DNA from: Octopus sinensis
Taxonomy: Eukaryota
Length of the DNA: 64,000 nucleotides
Direction: 5' to 3'
Assembly: GCF_006345805.1 (NCBI RefSeq)
Contig: NC_043002.1
Location: 91,202,001-91,266,000, forward strand
The notes beneath the pieces were generated by a model that saw nothing but the letters and a program-made list of their open reading frames with translations, was not told the DNA's origin and searched no databases. Position numbers and translations under genes: made by a program. This document shows, one piece after another, positions 40,450 to 55,574 of the stretch. Numbering within the stretch: the first letter of the stretch is position 1; every line of letters starts with the position of its first letter.

Positions 40450-40860
40450 GACAAGCTGGCAGAATAGTTAGCATGCCGGGCGACATGCTTAGTGACATTT
40501 CGTCCGTCTTTACGTTTATGAGTTCAACTTCTGCCGAGGTCGACTTTGTCTTTCATCCTTTCGGAATCGATAAATTAAGAACCAGTGAAACACTGGGATC
40601 GATGCAATCGACTAGTACCCTTCCCTAAAATTTCAGGCCTTGTACCTGTAAGGCACCGAGATGGCAGAATCGTTAGCACGTTCACGAAATGCTTAGCAAT
40701 ATTTCGTCCGTCGCAACATTCTGAGTTCAAATTCCGCCGAGGCCGACTTCGCCTTTCATCTTTTCGGGGTCAATAAATTAAGTACCAGTAAAACACTGGG
40801 GTCAATGTAATCAACTAGTCCCACGCCCCCAAATTTTAGATCTTGTGCCATTAATACAAA
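40450..40860 (+). mobile_element. Two tandem SINE family B copies (short tail)
   Basis: Each has a GCAGAAT(A/C)GTTAGCA head and a CCC(T/C)AAAATTT..CTTGT tail. Confidence 0.75.
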
Positions 40861-41444
40861 GGGTTATTTATTCCCAGGTCAAATTATTAAATGCAATCAG
40901 TCGTCACTATTTTCTCTGTAAATCTAGCATGGCGTTGCCCAATGGTAGAGTGCGATTTGAAGATGATTTCACTGATGTTAGCTGGAAGCAATCACATAAA
41001 CGATCTTTCGTTGACTTTACTATCTTTTGTCGTATGTAGTGGTGGCGGTGGTTGTCGTTGTAGTGGTTATCATTGGTTGATACCTTGGTGAACACGTATG
41101 GTAATACATATAGAATGCTTCTGATACCCCGTTTTAATTCAGATAAATATAAGATCATTTTTTCCCACTTGTTTCAGTCATTTGACTAAGGCCATGCTGT
41201 GGCATCGCCTTGAATTTTCAGTCTAATGAATCGACCCCAGTGCTTATTTTTTAAAGCCTGCTACTTATTCTATCAGTTCTAAGTTAAAGGGACGCGAACA
41301 CACTAACACCGATTGTGAAGCGCTGGGGAGACGGTAAATACAGACATAAAGACACGCATATATATATATATATATATATAATATACATACAAGCAACATA
41401 CATTCATATATACATACATACATACATACATACATACATACATA

Positions 41445-41483
<39 letters not shown>

Positions 41484-41560
41484 ACACACACACACACCAC
41501 ACACACACACACATAACATGGGTGGCTGATTCGCAATTTTACAATCTGATTATATATATA

Positions 41561-42810
41561 TCGGTTGAGAAATAATTCGTGAGCATTTTTTAAAGTTTAT
41601 TTTAAACATAAAGAAAACTACAAAAAAATTGATCAATAATGTCCTCTCCGTTGTTGTTTACAGCTTCATCCCATCGTTCAATAGGTTTTTTTGATGCCTC
41701 GGCGATAGAAATCTCCTGGTCTTAACTCAGAATTCGTCCAACCAAGCCCTCAATTCCACATCATTATCGAACGATATACCACGCAAAGCGTTCGAAAGTG
41801 ATCGAAAGAGCTGAAAAATCTGACGGCGCCAAGTCTGGAGCGTTTGGAGGATGAGGCAGCACTTCCCATTCGAGTTCTTGATTCGCGGCTTTGGTCATAT
41901 TAACGATGTGAGGATGGGCGTTGTCGTGTTGCGGAAGAACGCCATTTCGCCGATTCGGTCTTTTTTGCTGAATTGGTTCGTTGAGTCGGTGCAGTCGTTG
42001 AAGGCAGAGCTCCGCATTGAGTGTTTGGTTGCACTCAAGCAGTTCGTAATGAATTATGCCTTCTCAGGCCCACCATACACACAACATGGTCTTTCGAGGA
42101 TGAAGGTCTTGTTTTGCTCGCGGAGCCGCTTGTTTGTCGCTGCTTTATATTGGCGCAAAGGTGCAAATTCTCATTGCCCGTGACAATGCGGTAAAAAGAA
42201 AAAAAAAACGTTGAGCAATGTCGAGCGAGCAAATTGGCGGCGATTGTGGAGCGTTGATTTTTGTTGTTTTCGCTCAAAGTGTGTGGCATCCAAGCGTCGA
42301 GTTTCTGAACCTTGCCCATTAAGTGAAGGTGGTTCATCACAGTTTTTATTTATCACAATCTATCTGCTCCGCCGATTGTGTGGTCATTTGACGTGGATTT
42401 TCCTGAAGAAATTGATTCAATCGCACTTCATCGAACTTAGTTGGTTGACCCGTGTGTGATCTATCCTTGATATCAAAATTCCCCTTTTTAAAGCGTGAAA
42501 ACCAACGGCGGGTGATTCTTTTAGGCATTGCTCTTTCTCCACACAGCACAAATCTTACGAGTAGCTTCGGCGGCCTTAACACCTTGATTAAATGCAAAAA
42601 CAAATGGTGTTGAAAATGCTGTTTTTTCGACTTGACATTTCATTTTTAATGATCTGAAAATTCACAAAAATCAATAAAATTAAAAACTCAAAGCACACTA
42701 TGTTGTAGAGCACAATATTTCTTTTTTAAATAATATAAAACATTCTGCCAATGCGTTTTATTTCAGCGTGCATTTTTAAATTAAAAAATTCTCATTAATT
42801 ATTCCTCAAT
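41561..42810 (-). mobile_element. Decayed DD34D mariner transposon
   Basis: Minus strand gives RWFSRFKKGNFD (HTH), WMPHTL (WVPHEL motif), IVTGNE, QHDNAHPH and APDLAPSD; imperfect TIRs flanked by TA. Confidence 0.85.
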
Positions 42811-42817
42811 ATATATA

Positions 42818-42856
<39 letters not shown>

Positions 42857-42873
42857 ATATATATATATTATAT

Positions 42874-43104
<231 letters not shown>

Positions 43105-44222
43105 ATATAATATACATATATAAGACTGGCTCCTTTCAGTTTCCGTCTGCCAAATACGCTCACAAGGCTTTGGTCAGCACCGAGGCTATAGTAGAAGACA
43201 CTTGCGCTCAAGGTGCCACGCAACAGGACTGAACCCAGAACCATGTTGCCTGGGAAGCAACCTTCTTATCACACAGCCATATTTATTTTTTTTCTTCGTC
43301 ATTCATTCTACATTGGCAGTTATCTTTTTAACCGGCAACAGTTAACAAAAAGCTTCGACAGTCATTTCAGAGGGTTTAAAGGCAATTATTGTCATCTGTC
43401 TGTTTCAGATAACGAGTATGTTAGATAAGATTTATTATTTAGGTTTCTTACCAAACGAACTGTCTGGAAAGTGTAAATGTGTGCGCGCGTGCATGTATAT
43501 GTGTGTATATGTGTGTGTGTGTGTGTGTTTGTGCGTGTGTATGTGTGAGAGAGAGATAGAGTGTGTGCGTATATGTGTGTGCACGTGCGTGTGCGTGTAT
43601 GTGGTAACGATAAACATAGATAAGAACATGTGACCAAATGCAATCTGCTTATTTCATTCATTGAGAATAAGAGAAACCTACTAAAGCAATAAAGAAAATC
43701 TTCCATGTTGTTTAATGCCTTTTTTTGTTGTTTTTTGTTTTTGCTATTCAGTCAGTTTTTCTTAATACTTTTCACAAAATAAATTTTATGTAATATTTCC
43801 AGACGTCTCTCACATTTTCCCATTTTCTTCAGTTTAGCAATTCTCAAGAGAGACATACTTCTAAATGTAAATTAAGTGACTAATTTGCTCGATTAGAATC
43901 GCAAATGGTTTTGGTAGTTAGATCAATTTATCATTTCCGGTGTGAACGGGACATATAATAAATTAATAGTGTATTATTAATTAACAGAATATTAAATGAG
44001 TAGCTGGATGGATAAACTTTAAATCCTCCATACCATTATATACAATTAACCTCAGTATACGACTGGTAGACATCATATGCTAAATTCCACTCGAGTAGAA
44101 TTTCAATACAGGACATAGAGGGACGCAACTAAATACCAATAGGTATTACTTTAGTAATAATAATAATAATAATAATAATAATGGCAATAATAGTAATAGT
44201 AATAGTAATAATAATAATAGTA

Positions 44223-44258
<36 letters not shown>

Positions 44259-44267
44259 GTAATAGTA

Positions 44268-44320
<53 letters not shown>

Positions 44321-44334
44321 TATTATTATTATTA

Positions 44335-44374
<40 letters not shown>

Positions 44375-44377
44375 ATT

Positions 44378-44837
44378 GAGTGATAGAGCAGTGCATGCCT
44401 CAAAGTGACACTGGGGTAAAATATACGAAGCCCAGTATACCCATCTGATAAGGGTACACAAGGCACATGCATCACAACCTATGTGCGCGACATGATGATC
44501 TCATATCAAGATAAACAGCACATGACCTTGCAGGTGGGGCCCAGTTAGAATTTTCTTCTGGTCGAGTAACCCGTCCTGCCCAAAAGGTCCCTGAATAAGG
44601 GTTGTTTAAGGATGTTGAACAAAACACCCATGTTTCCAGAGGTGAATTATTGAAACCCTAAAGAATCCCTCTCAACACATGGCTATGATGCTCCCCCACT
44701 ACTTCTGCTCGTGATCAGAGATGCACATATCGTCAGCCACTAAGGGGCATGCTCAACTGGTTATGGTCAAACAACTGACAAGCAAATCTGTGGTATCGAG
44801 CAGAATATTTGCTGTAGCCCATCTTTTATACCAAGAC
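44378..44837 (-). mobile_element. 5'-truncated copy of the 560-bp (AAT)n-associated element
   Basis: Reverse complement of unit positions ~84-560, with (ATT)n on both sides. Confidence 0.88.
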
Positions 44838-44895
<58 letters not shown>

Positions 44896-44899
44896 GACC

Positions 44900-45540
44900 A
44901 CAAAGGACAATGGGATGACTTGTGGTGTTATATTGAACAGTTGCTATCACGCGTAGGACGAGACCAGTTATCGGCTGACTCTCTCATGAGGAACTTCCGT
45001 TTCCTGACAGTTTCCCACCTTTCTCTTGTCTCTATCGCCTTGCTATTGATGAAAGAAGATAATGTGGTTCCTATGCTGATTATGCATTGATACGCGGCCG
45101 ATGGTACTCTGAAAATAGAGATAGCAAAAGCCATTTTCTTCACCTTTGGGCTTGTTGCTACGACTCCTACTACTCTCCTCTGCCTTTTCTTTTGTTGTCT
45201 CTTCTGCTGGAAAAAAAGGGCCTCAAGTGGGCTTTTCTTATCACATGTGTTGCAATTAGGCCTTTTACACTGCACAACCAGTCTGATTTTCCCTCTACAA
45301 TTCCACTATGGGATGCAGTCCCGGGATAAAATTTTGGTTATTCTTGCTCATCAGGATCTAGTTACTCATGCAAACTCTACAGACCCTATGTTGTTGGGGA
45401 TCCTCTCCATACTTACCACATATCCTAACTGTGCTACAAAAATGATGACGAGCTGAAGTCCAAGATCCGTACTGATAAATCTGACCGCGAGTCTCATAGT
45501 TTTCATATAGTTTGACTCGTGTAATCTGGCATCAGCCTGC
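44900..45540 (-). pseudogene. Possible decayed gag/ORF1-like fragment
   Basis: LVVQCKRPNCNTCDKKSPLEALF resembles a degenerate CX2CX4HX4C knuckle followed by a basic tract. Weak similarity only. Confidence 0.25.
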
Positions 45541-47606
45541 GGGTAAACAAGTAAAAAAAAATACGAGTTCCACCCGTCTTATCGTATGCATTTTGGTTTT
45601 AAAACCCAATCGTACGTGTCTCATCCAATAAAACCCACATTTTGCTATGCAGTGGACAAGGCTTGCTCGAACTACTATTTCAAGGACAAACAAAGCTATG
45701 CCACCTTCATTCATTCTCTCCTATATAAGTTCGTCAGGAACGGAGGCACTGCCTTTTTCGAAATAATTCGTCGATTGCTTTTTTTTTTTTTTTGACCTGG
45801 TTTCAAGTTGAATCGCTTCTTTTGGCTTGCAGCGCCTGGAGAAAAAGAATGAATGTGGTTGTTGTTGTTGTTGCTGTTGTTGTTGTTCACACCGTTTTCT
45901 ATATCATTAATGTCTTCTAAATTATTTTTTGTGTTTTACATTAGATATCTGTATTATTTTCGATTATGTTTATTTACTTAATCTAGACTATTGTTGCAAG
46001 GATCGTGGTAAGTACCTTTCCCTGCTACTTCAAAGTGTATTTGAAACCATGGGTAACAACATAAAAAGCTTTATACTTATAATTTATATGCATCTATAAA
46101 TTTCTAAATACAAAACCTTTTCTACTCCTGATAATGAGTTGGAACCTCAAACAATCTGAAAGCCTTCCATTACTAAACTAGGAAAAAACAAAACAACCTT
46201 TTTCCTATAGAATAATCCAGTTAAATAATTTCTTTGCGAAACTCTGGCGTAGACGTCCGTTCGCTTATATAACCACAATAATGAGAATGTGGCGATAGTG
46301 AAGCATACAATAAATTTAGCATTCCGTTCCAGAAGAAGATAAAGATAACAACTTTAATATTCATACTTAATTTACATAATTGGAAATGTTAATAATTATT
46401 ATTCTCTTAAATTAGATATTGGTTTTGTTTTGACTCGACTCAAAGAAATTGCATTTTTAATGAAAGGAGAAATATGATTACATGACATTCATGCCTTTCT
46501 CAAGAGCAGCACTCACGTACAAGGAATATGCCATGCTTTCACTTTTACTCAGCATACATTCACACACACACACGCATACAATAACAACAAAAACAAACAA
46601 AACTCCCACATTGATCTCTTCGACCCATCTGCCCTGCATACACATTCCATACACACAGTATCTCAGAATGTCACCAGTCTCTTCAGATGACCAGTCACGG
46701 CGAAGTTTCTGTCATTTCTTCCAAACAGTTTCATCCAAAACTCAGCTGCTATATTTACAAAATCTCCAATCTATCTTTGTTTACTGAAATCTACTCCGTT
46801 ATTTCGACATACACTAGATGATAACCCATTCCTCTAACTGCCAGTGTCCTTAAACCTTTTGTTGCAGTATTTATTTTGAAATGCTCTGTGTTTCTTTCAG
46901 TTAATTTCAAATGTAACAAAGAATTTAGTAAACTAACTTAGTTCTCATTCATCTAGTGTTAAGTACATAAACTGTCTAAGGTTTGGTGGATGATTTTAAT
47001 TTAAAATTAATGATAACCAGACATTTGACCAACAGGGCCCGAAGTGGTTTCAGCCGGGTTGGTTCATTGCTATCATCATAACAGTCTCACTTTCAACATC
47101 TCAAAGATGAAAGGAGACGTGCTGACAAGATTGTTAGCACACCGGGAAAAAAGCTTAGCGGCATTTCGTCCGTCTTCACGTTCTGAGTTTAAATTTTACC
47201 GACTTTGCCTTTAATCCTTCATGGATCGATACAATAAGTTCCAGATAGGCACTGGGATCACTATAATCGACTAACTCCATCCCCCCCCCAAATTGCTAGC
47301 ATTGTGCCGAAATTTGAAACCAATCTCTCAAATGTGGTAGAAACTGTTGTATTTTTCTTTCCTTTCTGAATGAATACAAAATTCGTTTCCATAGAACCAG
47401 AAATACAAGGGCTCTAATAATTGCACACTTACGGTCTCTGTTTTTTCAAACCTTGTCAAAAAGTATCGTTTGCTTTCCTTCGTATCTGAAAATCCTCGGA
47501 GCGTCTATGTCACAAGATTCTAAATTCTTGTAGGCTCTACTCTCACTGTCTATCCCTTTCATATCTTCGAGAAAGGAAGATTCCTCACAAATCAATCAGT
47601 TGCAGT

Positions 47607-47994
47607 GGAGTGGAAGCACTCCGTCGGTTACGACGACGAGGGTTCCGGTTGATCCGATCAACGGAACAGCCTGCTCGTGAATTTAACGTGTAAGTGGCTG
47701 AGCACTCCACAGACACGTGTACCTTTAACGTAGTTCTCGGGGATATTCAGCGTGACACAGAGAGTGACAAGGCCGGCCCTTTGAAATACAGGTACAACAG
47801 AAACAGGAAGTAAGAATGAGAGAAAGTTGTGGTGAAAGAGTACAGCAGGGATCACAACCATCCCTGCTGGAGCCTCGTGGAGCTTTTAAGTGTTTTCGCT
47901 CAATAAACACTCACAACGCCCGGTCTGGGAATCGAAACCGCGATCCTACGACCGCGAGTCCGCTGCCCTAACCACTGGGCCATTGCGCCTCGAC
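47607..47994 (-). mobile_element. SINE family A
   Basis: 12-bp TSD ATCAGTTGCAGT (47595-47606 and 47995-48006). Confidence 0.9.
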
Positions 47995-48647
47995 ATCAGT
48001 TGCAGTATGTAGTCGGTGAAGATAAAAAGATACAATCTCGATCCTCACATAAGGCATGCATCGCTTTTATAAATAAAAGCCAATAAACCATAACCTAATG
48101 AGTACATGAAAACCTAATCTACTTCAACAGTCCCACTAAGTACTTCTTAAAAACAGCTAAGAAACATACACATTACACAAACTTTTCACAAATCTTTTAA
48201 ATGCTCAGCTTCGTAAGATTTTATGACATTTAATGAAACCTAACATCTATAGTCAAAACTGCACCTTCAAGGCTAGCCTTCTTCTTAAGAAGTAGTAATA
48301 CTTCAATCTTCATGAATTGTAGACCTTCCACAAATCGTAAATGCGATCCATATTGCTCACATGTTTGGGACGATATAGTTACTATAAATATGCACATTCT
48401 ACATAGTTAAACCTTCACTTAAATATACTCTACAACTCCTAAGCCCACGGACATATTTTGTCCTATTGCCTTTCTCTGTCCTTAGGATTACAAATCATAG
48501 TTTTCTGTAGTAGCAACCTTCACCAATTCCCTAACCACACTATCCAGTAATTTCTCTTGTTCTTTCGCCATACGTTATATGTTCCACTCCCCTGTAACCT
48601 TTAAACGTTTGACCAGGTCTTTCTTCCAAGAGCTGTAAAAATATTTA

Positions 48648-48684
<37 letters not shown>

Positions 48685-48712
48685 TTCTCTCTCTCCCCGT
48701 AGATATATATAT

Positions 48713-48782
<70 letters not shown>

Positions 48783-48785
<3 letters not shown>

Positions 48786-48948
48786 CGCAGGAGTGGCTGT
48801 GTGGTAAGTAGCTTGCTAACCAACCACATGGTTCTGGGTTCAGTCCCACTGCGTGGCATTTTGGGCAAGTGTCTTCTGCTATAGCCTCGGGCCGACCAAT
48901 GCCTTGTGAGTGGATTTGGTAGACGGAAACCGAAAGAAGCCTGTCGTA

Positions 48949-48979
<31 letters not shown>

Positions 48980-49208
48980 TTGTATGTGTGTGTATATGTT
49001 TGTGTGTCTGTGTTTGTCCCTCTAGCATTGCTTGACAACCGATGATGGTGTGTTTACGTCTCCGTCACTTAGCGGTTCGGCAAAAGAGACCGATAGAATA
49101 AGTACTGGGCTTACAAAGAATAAGTCCCGGGATCGATTTGCTCGACTAAAGGCGGTGCTCCAGCATGGCCGCAGTCAAATGACTGAAACAAGTAAAAGAG
49201 TAAAAGAG
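48783..49208 (+). mobile_element. SINE family C
   Basis: tRNA-like head, internal microsatellite and a (TAAAAGAG) tail. Confidence 0.88.
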
Positions 49209-50223
49209 TATATATATATATATATGCGTGTGTGTGTGTGTGTGCATATGCTTTCGGTGTATGTATCAATATATTTAGATCTATACATGTATGGAAAACA
49301 GGCTGGGAGCGTTAACAGCAAAGTCTAAGACGGTTGGCATAGACACACATTATTGGCCTTTTTCTTGGAAGTAATGAGTTTTCTGATAAGTTGACTCAAA
49401 ACTAAATCACAGCCTTCAACCTTCTAAATCGTTTCCCTACATTTTTCGCCATTCAATTAAGTTAAATAACAAATAACACATTTTTTTCTGAATATCTCGA
49501 ACGAATCAATATCTAATTGGTAAATTTTAAAGTGATTATTCTTACCGATGTTTTTTTTTTATTAAATTTTCTGACAAATTAACAATTCTTGATTTTCCTC
49601 AATTATCGATCTTCTATTTATTTATCAATGTAGGAAAAATCACGAAGGGAGTGTTGCCTCGACGAGTATTTATTGCTATACTTGAAAACAACTAGTGGCA
49701 AACAAGAAAGAAAAAGAAAGAAACGATAAAATAAACCAGAAACCAGAAATTTCGAAATGAATGATTCAAAAGGTTGGACCAAAATGAAATTACAAGATTG
49801 AACCATGTCTTTGAAATTAGAGGTTGTTAATGTCTAGAGAGGTTAGGGTTTACCACATTTCTATAAGTCCACCACTATGAGTACTTTCAGGCTTGCTAAC
49901 GAATAAATATGTGTTCGTAATCGCTTTCTTGTTATGAAAAATAAACCGACAGTGATGCATTACTATCTCTTGACCGGCTAGAAATTGCAGTCAAACTCCC
50001 TTGAAGCCTAACTAGCAATTTCTGTATGCAATTTTCGCGTGAGATTAATATTAGATTTTATCGTTATTATATACACTTGCTACGAATGGTTTCCCACTTA
50101 GGCATAAAATATACCTGGAAAATTGCAACGTATACATATTTCCCAAATGAAGCGAAATTTCCTGACCATAAAATAAAGTTGCAATAAAAAAATAATAGTT
50201 GCAATAATAATAAAAATAATAAA

Positions 50224-50264
<41 letters not shown>

Positions 50265-50318
50265 TAATAATAATCGATTACAAATCGCATCGCGATCTTC
50301 TTATTGTCTATTTACCAA

Positions 50319-50382
<64 letters not shown>

Positions 50383-51276
50383 TGATAATGATGATGATGA
50401 TGATTTGATTAAAAAGAGGCTTTAGAATATGAACTCATGGTGTTCCTTAAAGTAAAGCTCTTAATATTAATATTAACTGCTCCAACTTGTAACAGAATAA
50501 AAATGCAATTTAAAGCTGTGGGCTTCACTAGATCATAAAATATCACAATATAATCCTTATTAGATGTGTTACGATAACGTAAACATATTAAAATACATTT
50601 AGAAAACAATCAAATCTCACAAGCAGTAATTCCAATTTCGCAGTTTCATGAATAAATGAATAATAAAATGTATAAAGTGTTTCAACTCCGAAAGGCTGGC
50701 TTGTAGAACTGCGAAGACAATATGTATCAAAGTATGGTGACCGGTGTTTTTTTCTCTCGAGGCAAAGGAAGAAAAATCCCATTATAACAAGTGTTTGATG
50801 TATCGTTTGATTCTATCAGTAGAGAGTTATTCAGCCAGAGATCAGTGGGAATGTCATTCCTGTATCTTGAATCGCAGAAAGAGAAATCCCTGTGGCAGCA
50901 TTTAGTTCAGTGTAAATACTGATAAGTCCTTACGGTGTAGGAGGTTAAAATAACAACTATAAGAATTCCAGCCTCGGAAGCTTTGAATACAATAAACGTA
51001 CAAGACAGATCTCAGTATTTTAGTATTTAAAACCAGAACTGTGTGTATAACTAAAAATTTAAATCTTTGTAGTGGAGACGTCACAGTGGATAAAAAGTCT
51101 ATTTTTCATCTCTTGATGTTGCATGTTCGTATCGCGGAGGTGGAGTATTCTTCGATTTGCTGGGAAAGGAACTGAACTCATTTTTGTTCTGGTTATTACT
51201 TGGCAGAAGAGGAAATCAGACTCCAGATAACAGAGTAAGTATAGAGTAGTGAGAGACAGGACTGATGGTATATAAA

Positions 51277-51506
51277 GGCGGCGAGCTGGCAGAATCGTTA
51301 GCACGCCAGACGAAATGCTTAGGGGTACTTCGTCTGCCGCTACGTTCTGAGTTCAAATTCCGCCGAGGTGGACTTTGCCTTTCTTCCTTTCGGGGTCGAT
51401 TAAATAAGTACCAGTGACGCACTGGGGTCGATATAATCGACTTAATCCGTTTGTCTGTTCTTGTTTGTCCTCTCTGTGTTTAGCCTCTTGTGGGCAATAT
51501 AGAAAT
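51277..51506 (+). mobile_element. SINE family B, long-tail solo copy
   Basis: GGCGGCGAGCTGGCAGAATCGTTAGC head and GAGTTCAAATTCC B-box-like motif. Confidence 0.85.
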
Positions 51507-51720
51507 ATGTATTGATGGTATACTATCTCAGGGCTAAATTCCCAGCGCGAAAAATCTTGGAAAATGCCTGCAGAAAAATTAACATATTGACATACATGCA
51601 GCCGAAGCCGCGATCGCAGATCGCACCCGGGCGTCGGCTCGCAAAAAGGCGTTCAACAGCAGTCACGGCCCCACACCGCCGGCGCCCGCTCTGCGTGCGG
51701 GTCGAGGCTTCACGCCCTAT

Positions 51721-52150
51721 AGGCGCAGGCATGGCTGTGTGGTAAGAAACTTGCTTCCCAACCACATGGTTTTGAGTTCAATTCCACTGAATGGCGCCTT
51801 GGTCAAGAATCTTCTACTATAGCGTCGGACCGACTATAAGCCTTGTAAGTGGGTGGATTTAGCAGGCGCAAAGCCCGTCGTATATGTGTGTGAGTGAGTG
51901 TGTGCGTGCGCGCGTGCGTCCGTGTGTGTTTGTCTGTGTTTGTTCCCCCAACCCACGTCATCGCCTGATAACCGATGCTACTGTGTTTATATCCATGTAA
52001 CTTAGCGGTTCGGCAAAAGAGACTGATAGAATAAGTACGAAGCTTTTAAAGAATTAGACTTGGAGTTGATTTCTTCGACTAAAGCTCTTTAAGCCGGTAC
52101 TCCAGAATAGTCGCAGTCCAATGACTGAAACAGGTAAAAGAATAAAAGAA
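51721..52150 (+). mobile_element. SINE family C, diverged
   Basis: Homologous to 48783-49208. Confidence 0.8.
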
Positions 52151-52321
52151 TGAAATATAGTTTAATTGAAACACTCAACTACCGGTTTTCTCTCATTGAG
52201 TACAAGCATGTTTATACTGTGTTACAATAGGATGAATAATAGACGAAAGAAATAATTTTCCATAGAAGAAAATAAGTATTTCGAATATTTACAGTCACCA
52301 CTATCTTAACTGTAGCTACAG

Positions 52322-52707
52322 TGGAGGCGCAATGGCCCAGTGGTTAGGGCAGCGGACTCGCGGTCATAGGATCGCGGTTTCGATTCCCAGACCGGGCGTT
52401 GTGAGTGTTTATTGAGCGAAAACACCTAAAGCTCCACGAGGCTCCGGCAGGGGATGGTGGTGATCCCTGCTGTACTCTTTCACCACAACTTTCTCTCACT
52501 CTTAATTCCTGTTTCTGTTGTACCTGTATTTCAAAGGGCCGGCCTTGTCACTCTCTGTGTCACGCTGAATATCCCCGAGAACTACGTTAAAGGTACACGT
52601 GTCTGTGGAGTGCTCAGCCACTTACACGTTAATTTCACGAGCAGGCTGTTCCGTTGATTCGGATCAACCGGAACCCTCGTCGTCGTAACCGACGGAGTGC
52701 TTCCATC
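52322..52707 (+). mobile_element. SINE family A
   Basis: 14-bp TSD AACTGTAGCTACAG (52308-52321 and 52708-52721). Confidence 0.92.
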
Positions 52708-54064
52708 AACTGTAGCTACAGGCATTGAAAGAAAGCAGAGACTGGGTTATGATTTTTAGTTTTCTTATCACCATTAACCCTATCTAGAGAATATCCCAAT
52801 AGGTTTAAACGTCCGCTGTTTGTCTTGCATTACATCGCTTCACTGACGTTATTGATGTACTTTATTTGGTTGGAGGTAGTGAATCGAAGAATTACATAGC
52901 ATTTTTTATCTTCCCTCCTCTGAAAAATAAGTCATAATTATCGTATCTTCTGCAAATCATTCACTCTGGTGTATTTTAGAGATATTCTATAAAGGCAAAA
53001 CCTAAATATCCTAATTTTATCTTCGTATAATAACTAACCATGAGTTGGAAAAGAGAATATATGTATAGGCATCCTGCATCTAATATTTCCGAAGAAAATT
53101 TCTTACTGATCTATTCCAACTTCAAAACGTTGATCCAACTGTAATTCTGGGCAACGAAAGAAAAGCCCTACAAAGTAGTTGAGGATATAAAACAAAAGGG
53201 GCTTTTGTTACTTAATTGATGACACAAAATTTGAACATCCTAAACTAAATATGATATTTGTAATGCACCAGATTAGTGTTGGCAACAAGAGAAGTTATAA
53301 AGAAGTCGGATACATCACAGACGATAAAGTAGGAAGTAAGTGGGTGTAGAAACAACAACAAAAAATATAAATAAAAATGAATGAGAAGAGAATCAACAAT
53401 AAATAGGGTATGAATTTTAAAAAAAAAGTCAGACAAAATAGAAAAGAAAAAGGTAAAGAGAAACGAACAAAAATGAGAAAGAATAACCAAGAAAATAAAT
53501 AAAAAGGTTAGCCAGAAACAGTGGGAGAGCAAAGAATAAATGAGAAGGTGAACATATCGATCGCGCATTAGGTGGAATGAACGAGAAACATCCATAGAGA
53601 AAAGTAGGAAGGAACAAAAGGAAAAGAAACACGATAGTAGGGTGATAAAGCGGAGGGAAAAGAACAAAGAAGACAAAAAGGGTATGAATCATAATATATT
53701 ATTGGTGTGCTTGTCTCCTATATTTTCAACATTCATACCAATTTCCATGTTTTATTTCGCTCGGAAGTGTGTAGAGAGCGGAAAGTAACTAATTTTGTCG
53801 CCATACTTTAGGAATTGATTCTGTTGAAGCCACGTGACCTGCATCACAGGCGATGTACTTTAATGTTTTTTTTTAGACCAGATTCTTTAGGTCTTCCGAG
53901 ATAAAACAGATAAATGTAATGCAGTCAGTGTATGATTAGATGCAAAACTGAAAGAGCTTATGTGTGTATGAATGTATGTATATATATATGTATGTATGTG
54001 TGATGTAAATGGGTGTACGTGTTTGTGTGTGTGTGTGAATGTGTGTATGTGTGTGTGTGTGTGT

Positions 54065-54112
<48 letters not shown>

Positions 54113-54128
54113 GTGTGTGTGTGTGGTG

Positions 54129-54159
<31 letters not shown>

Positions 54160-55186
54160 TGTGTGTGCGTGTGCGAGCGCATACGCAGTGCCGATAAAAC
54201 TATATATTTTCTCTATCTGTAGAAAACATTTTCGGCTTCATTATTCCGACGACCTTCAGCGAATTTTCCACCTTTGTCTTTCACCAAGTTTAGTGGTTCT
54301 GACAACTAATCCGTTATATTAATCAAACGTCTTTCTTTAAACACAAACCTCAACATGTCATTCTATGTCCTCTCTTACAATTGATTTTTTTTCTTTCTGA
54401 ATGCTTATATTAAGTAAGTAAATTGTTATTTCATTATCTATTTGGATAAAAAGATATAATAATGTCGTCGGTGCGGATGATTTACAAAATGTTTTCGCTA
54501 ATATATTTGCGAAATGCATGAACACTACAACATCCCATTTCCCTTCACCGGAAAAAAGAATCACGTTAAAACAACCATTATTGATTTTGTTTTTGCTTAA
54601 AAGGAGGCTTATTTTATTTATCTATTTTTGTACACTTGAGGAAATCGATCCAAGTACATTGCTGCCGCTTGTTTCAACCACCGAGGAATCAAGTGATAAA
54701 AGATAAAAATTGATCCAGTCAGAATATGAATTCGAATCAGTTTAAAACCGAATTGGTTAACACAAATTTAAACTGTGACATCTTATTGTCTCGGGCAGTT
54801 ATTCTGCCTTCAACCTCTGCAAAAATATTGTTATATTAAAAGTTATTGATACTCTCATGCGAAAGTAAACCATAGGAAAACCGACCTCAAAACGGATTCT
54901 AAAAACATAATCGCCAAATGTCAGAATCACCCCCCACCACCATGATTTCTTGTTATTTCTCGTTTGGAAATATGAGAATTAACGCAATGAATAAAATCAT
55001 AATTTTCTTTTGCTGTTTTCTGTCGTTTGACTGTGTTCATGCTATGGAATTTTCCACGTAAGGATTCAAGTAAAATAGGGAAGCGTCTGAGAGTGTCTGA
55101 TATGACTTACACAAGAATATAAATTAACGCTTATGAAATAACTACTTCGAAGAAGCTGAATTAGGTCAAGGTGTCTACTGATAGGA

Positions 55187-55574
55187 TGGATGGAAGCACT
55201 CCGTCGGTTACGAAGACGAGGGTTCCGGTTGAACCGATCAACGGAACAGCCTGCTCGTGAAATTAACGTGTAAGTGGCTGAGCACTCCACAGACACGTGT
55301 ACCCTTAACGCACTTCTCGGGGATATTCAACGTGACACAGAGAGTGACAAGGCCGGCCCTTTGAAATACAGGTACAACAGAAACAGGAAGTAAGAGTGAG
55401 AGAAAGTTGTGGTGAAAGAGTACAGCAGGGATCACCACCATCCCCTTCCGGAGCCTCGTGGAGCTTTAGGTGTTTTCGCTCAATAAACACTCACAACGCC
55501 CGGTCTGGGAATCGAAACCGCGATCCTACGACCGCGAGTCCGCTGCCCTAACCACTGGGCCATTGCGCCTCCAC
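55187..55574 (-). mobile_element. SINE family A
   Basis: 12-bp TSD CTACTGATAGGA (55175-55186 and 55575-55586). Confidence 0.92.

Noticed and set aside
51140-51240. Possible exon ending in AGA|GTAAGT; similar candidate at 60460-60520
   Set aside because: Splice-like signals only; the translations match nothing I recognise.
52900-53350. Possible APE-endonuclease remnant (FLTDLFQLQNVDPTVILG)
   Set aside because: Too degraded to assign.
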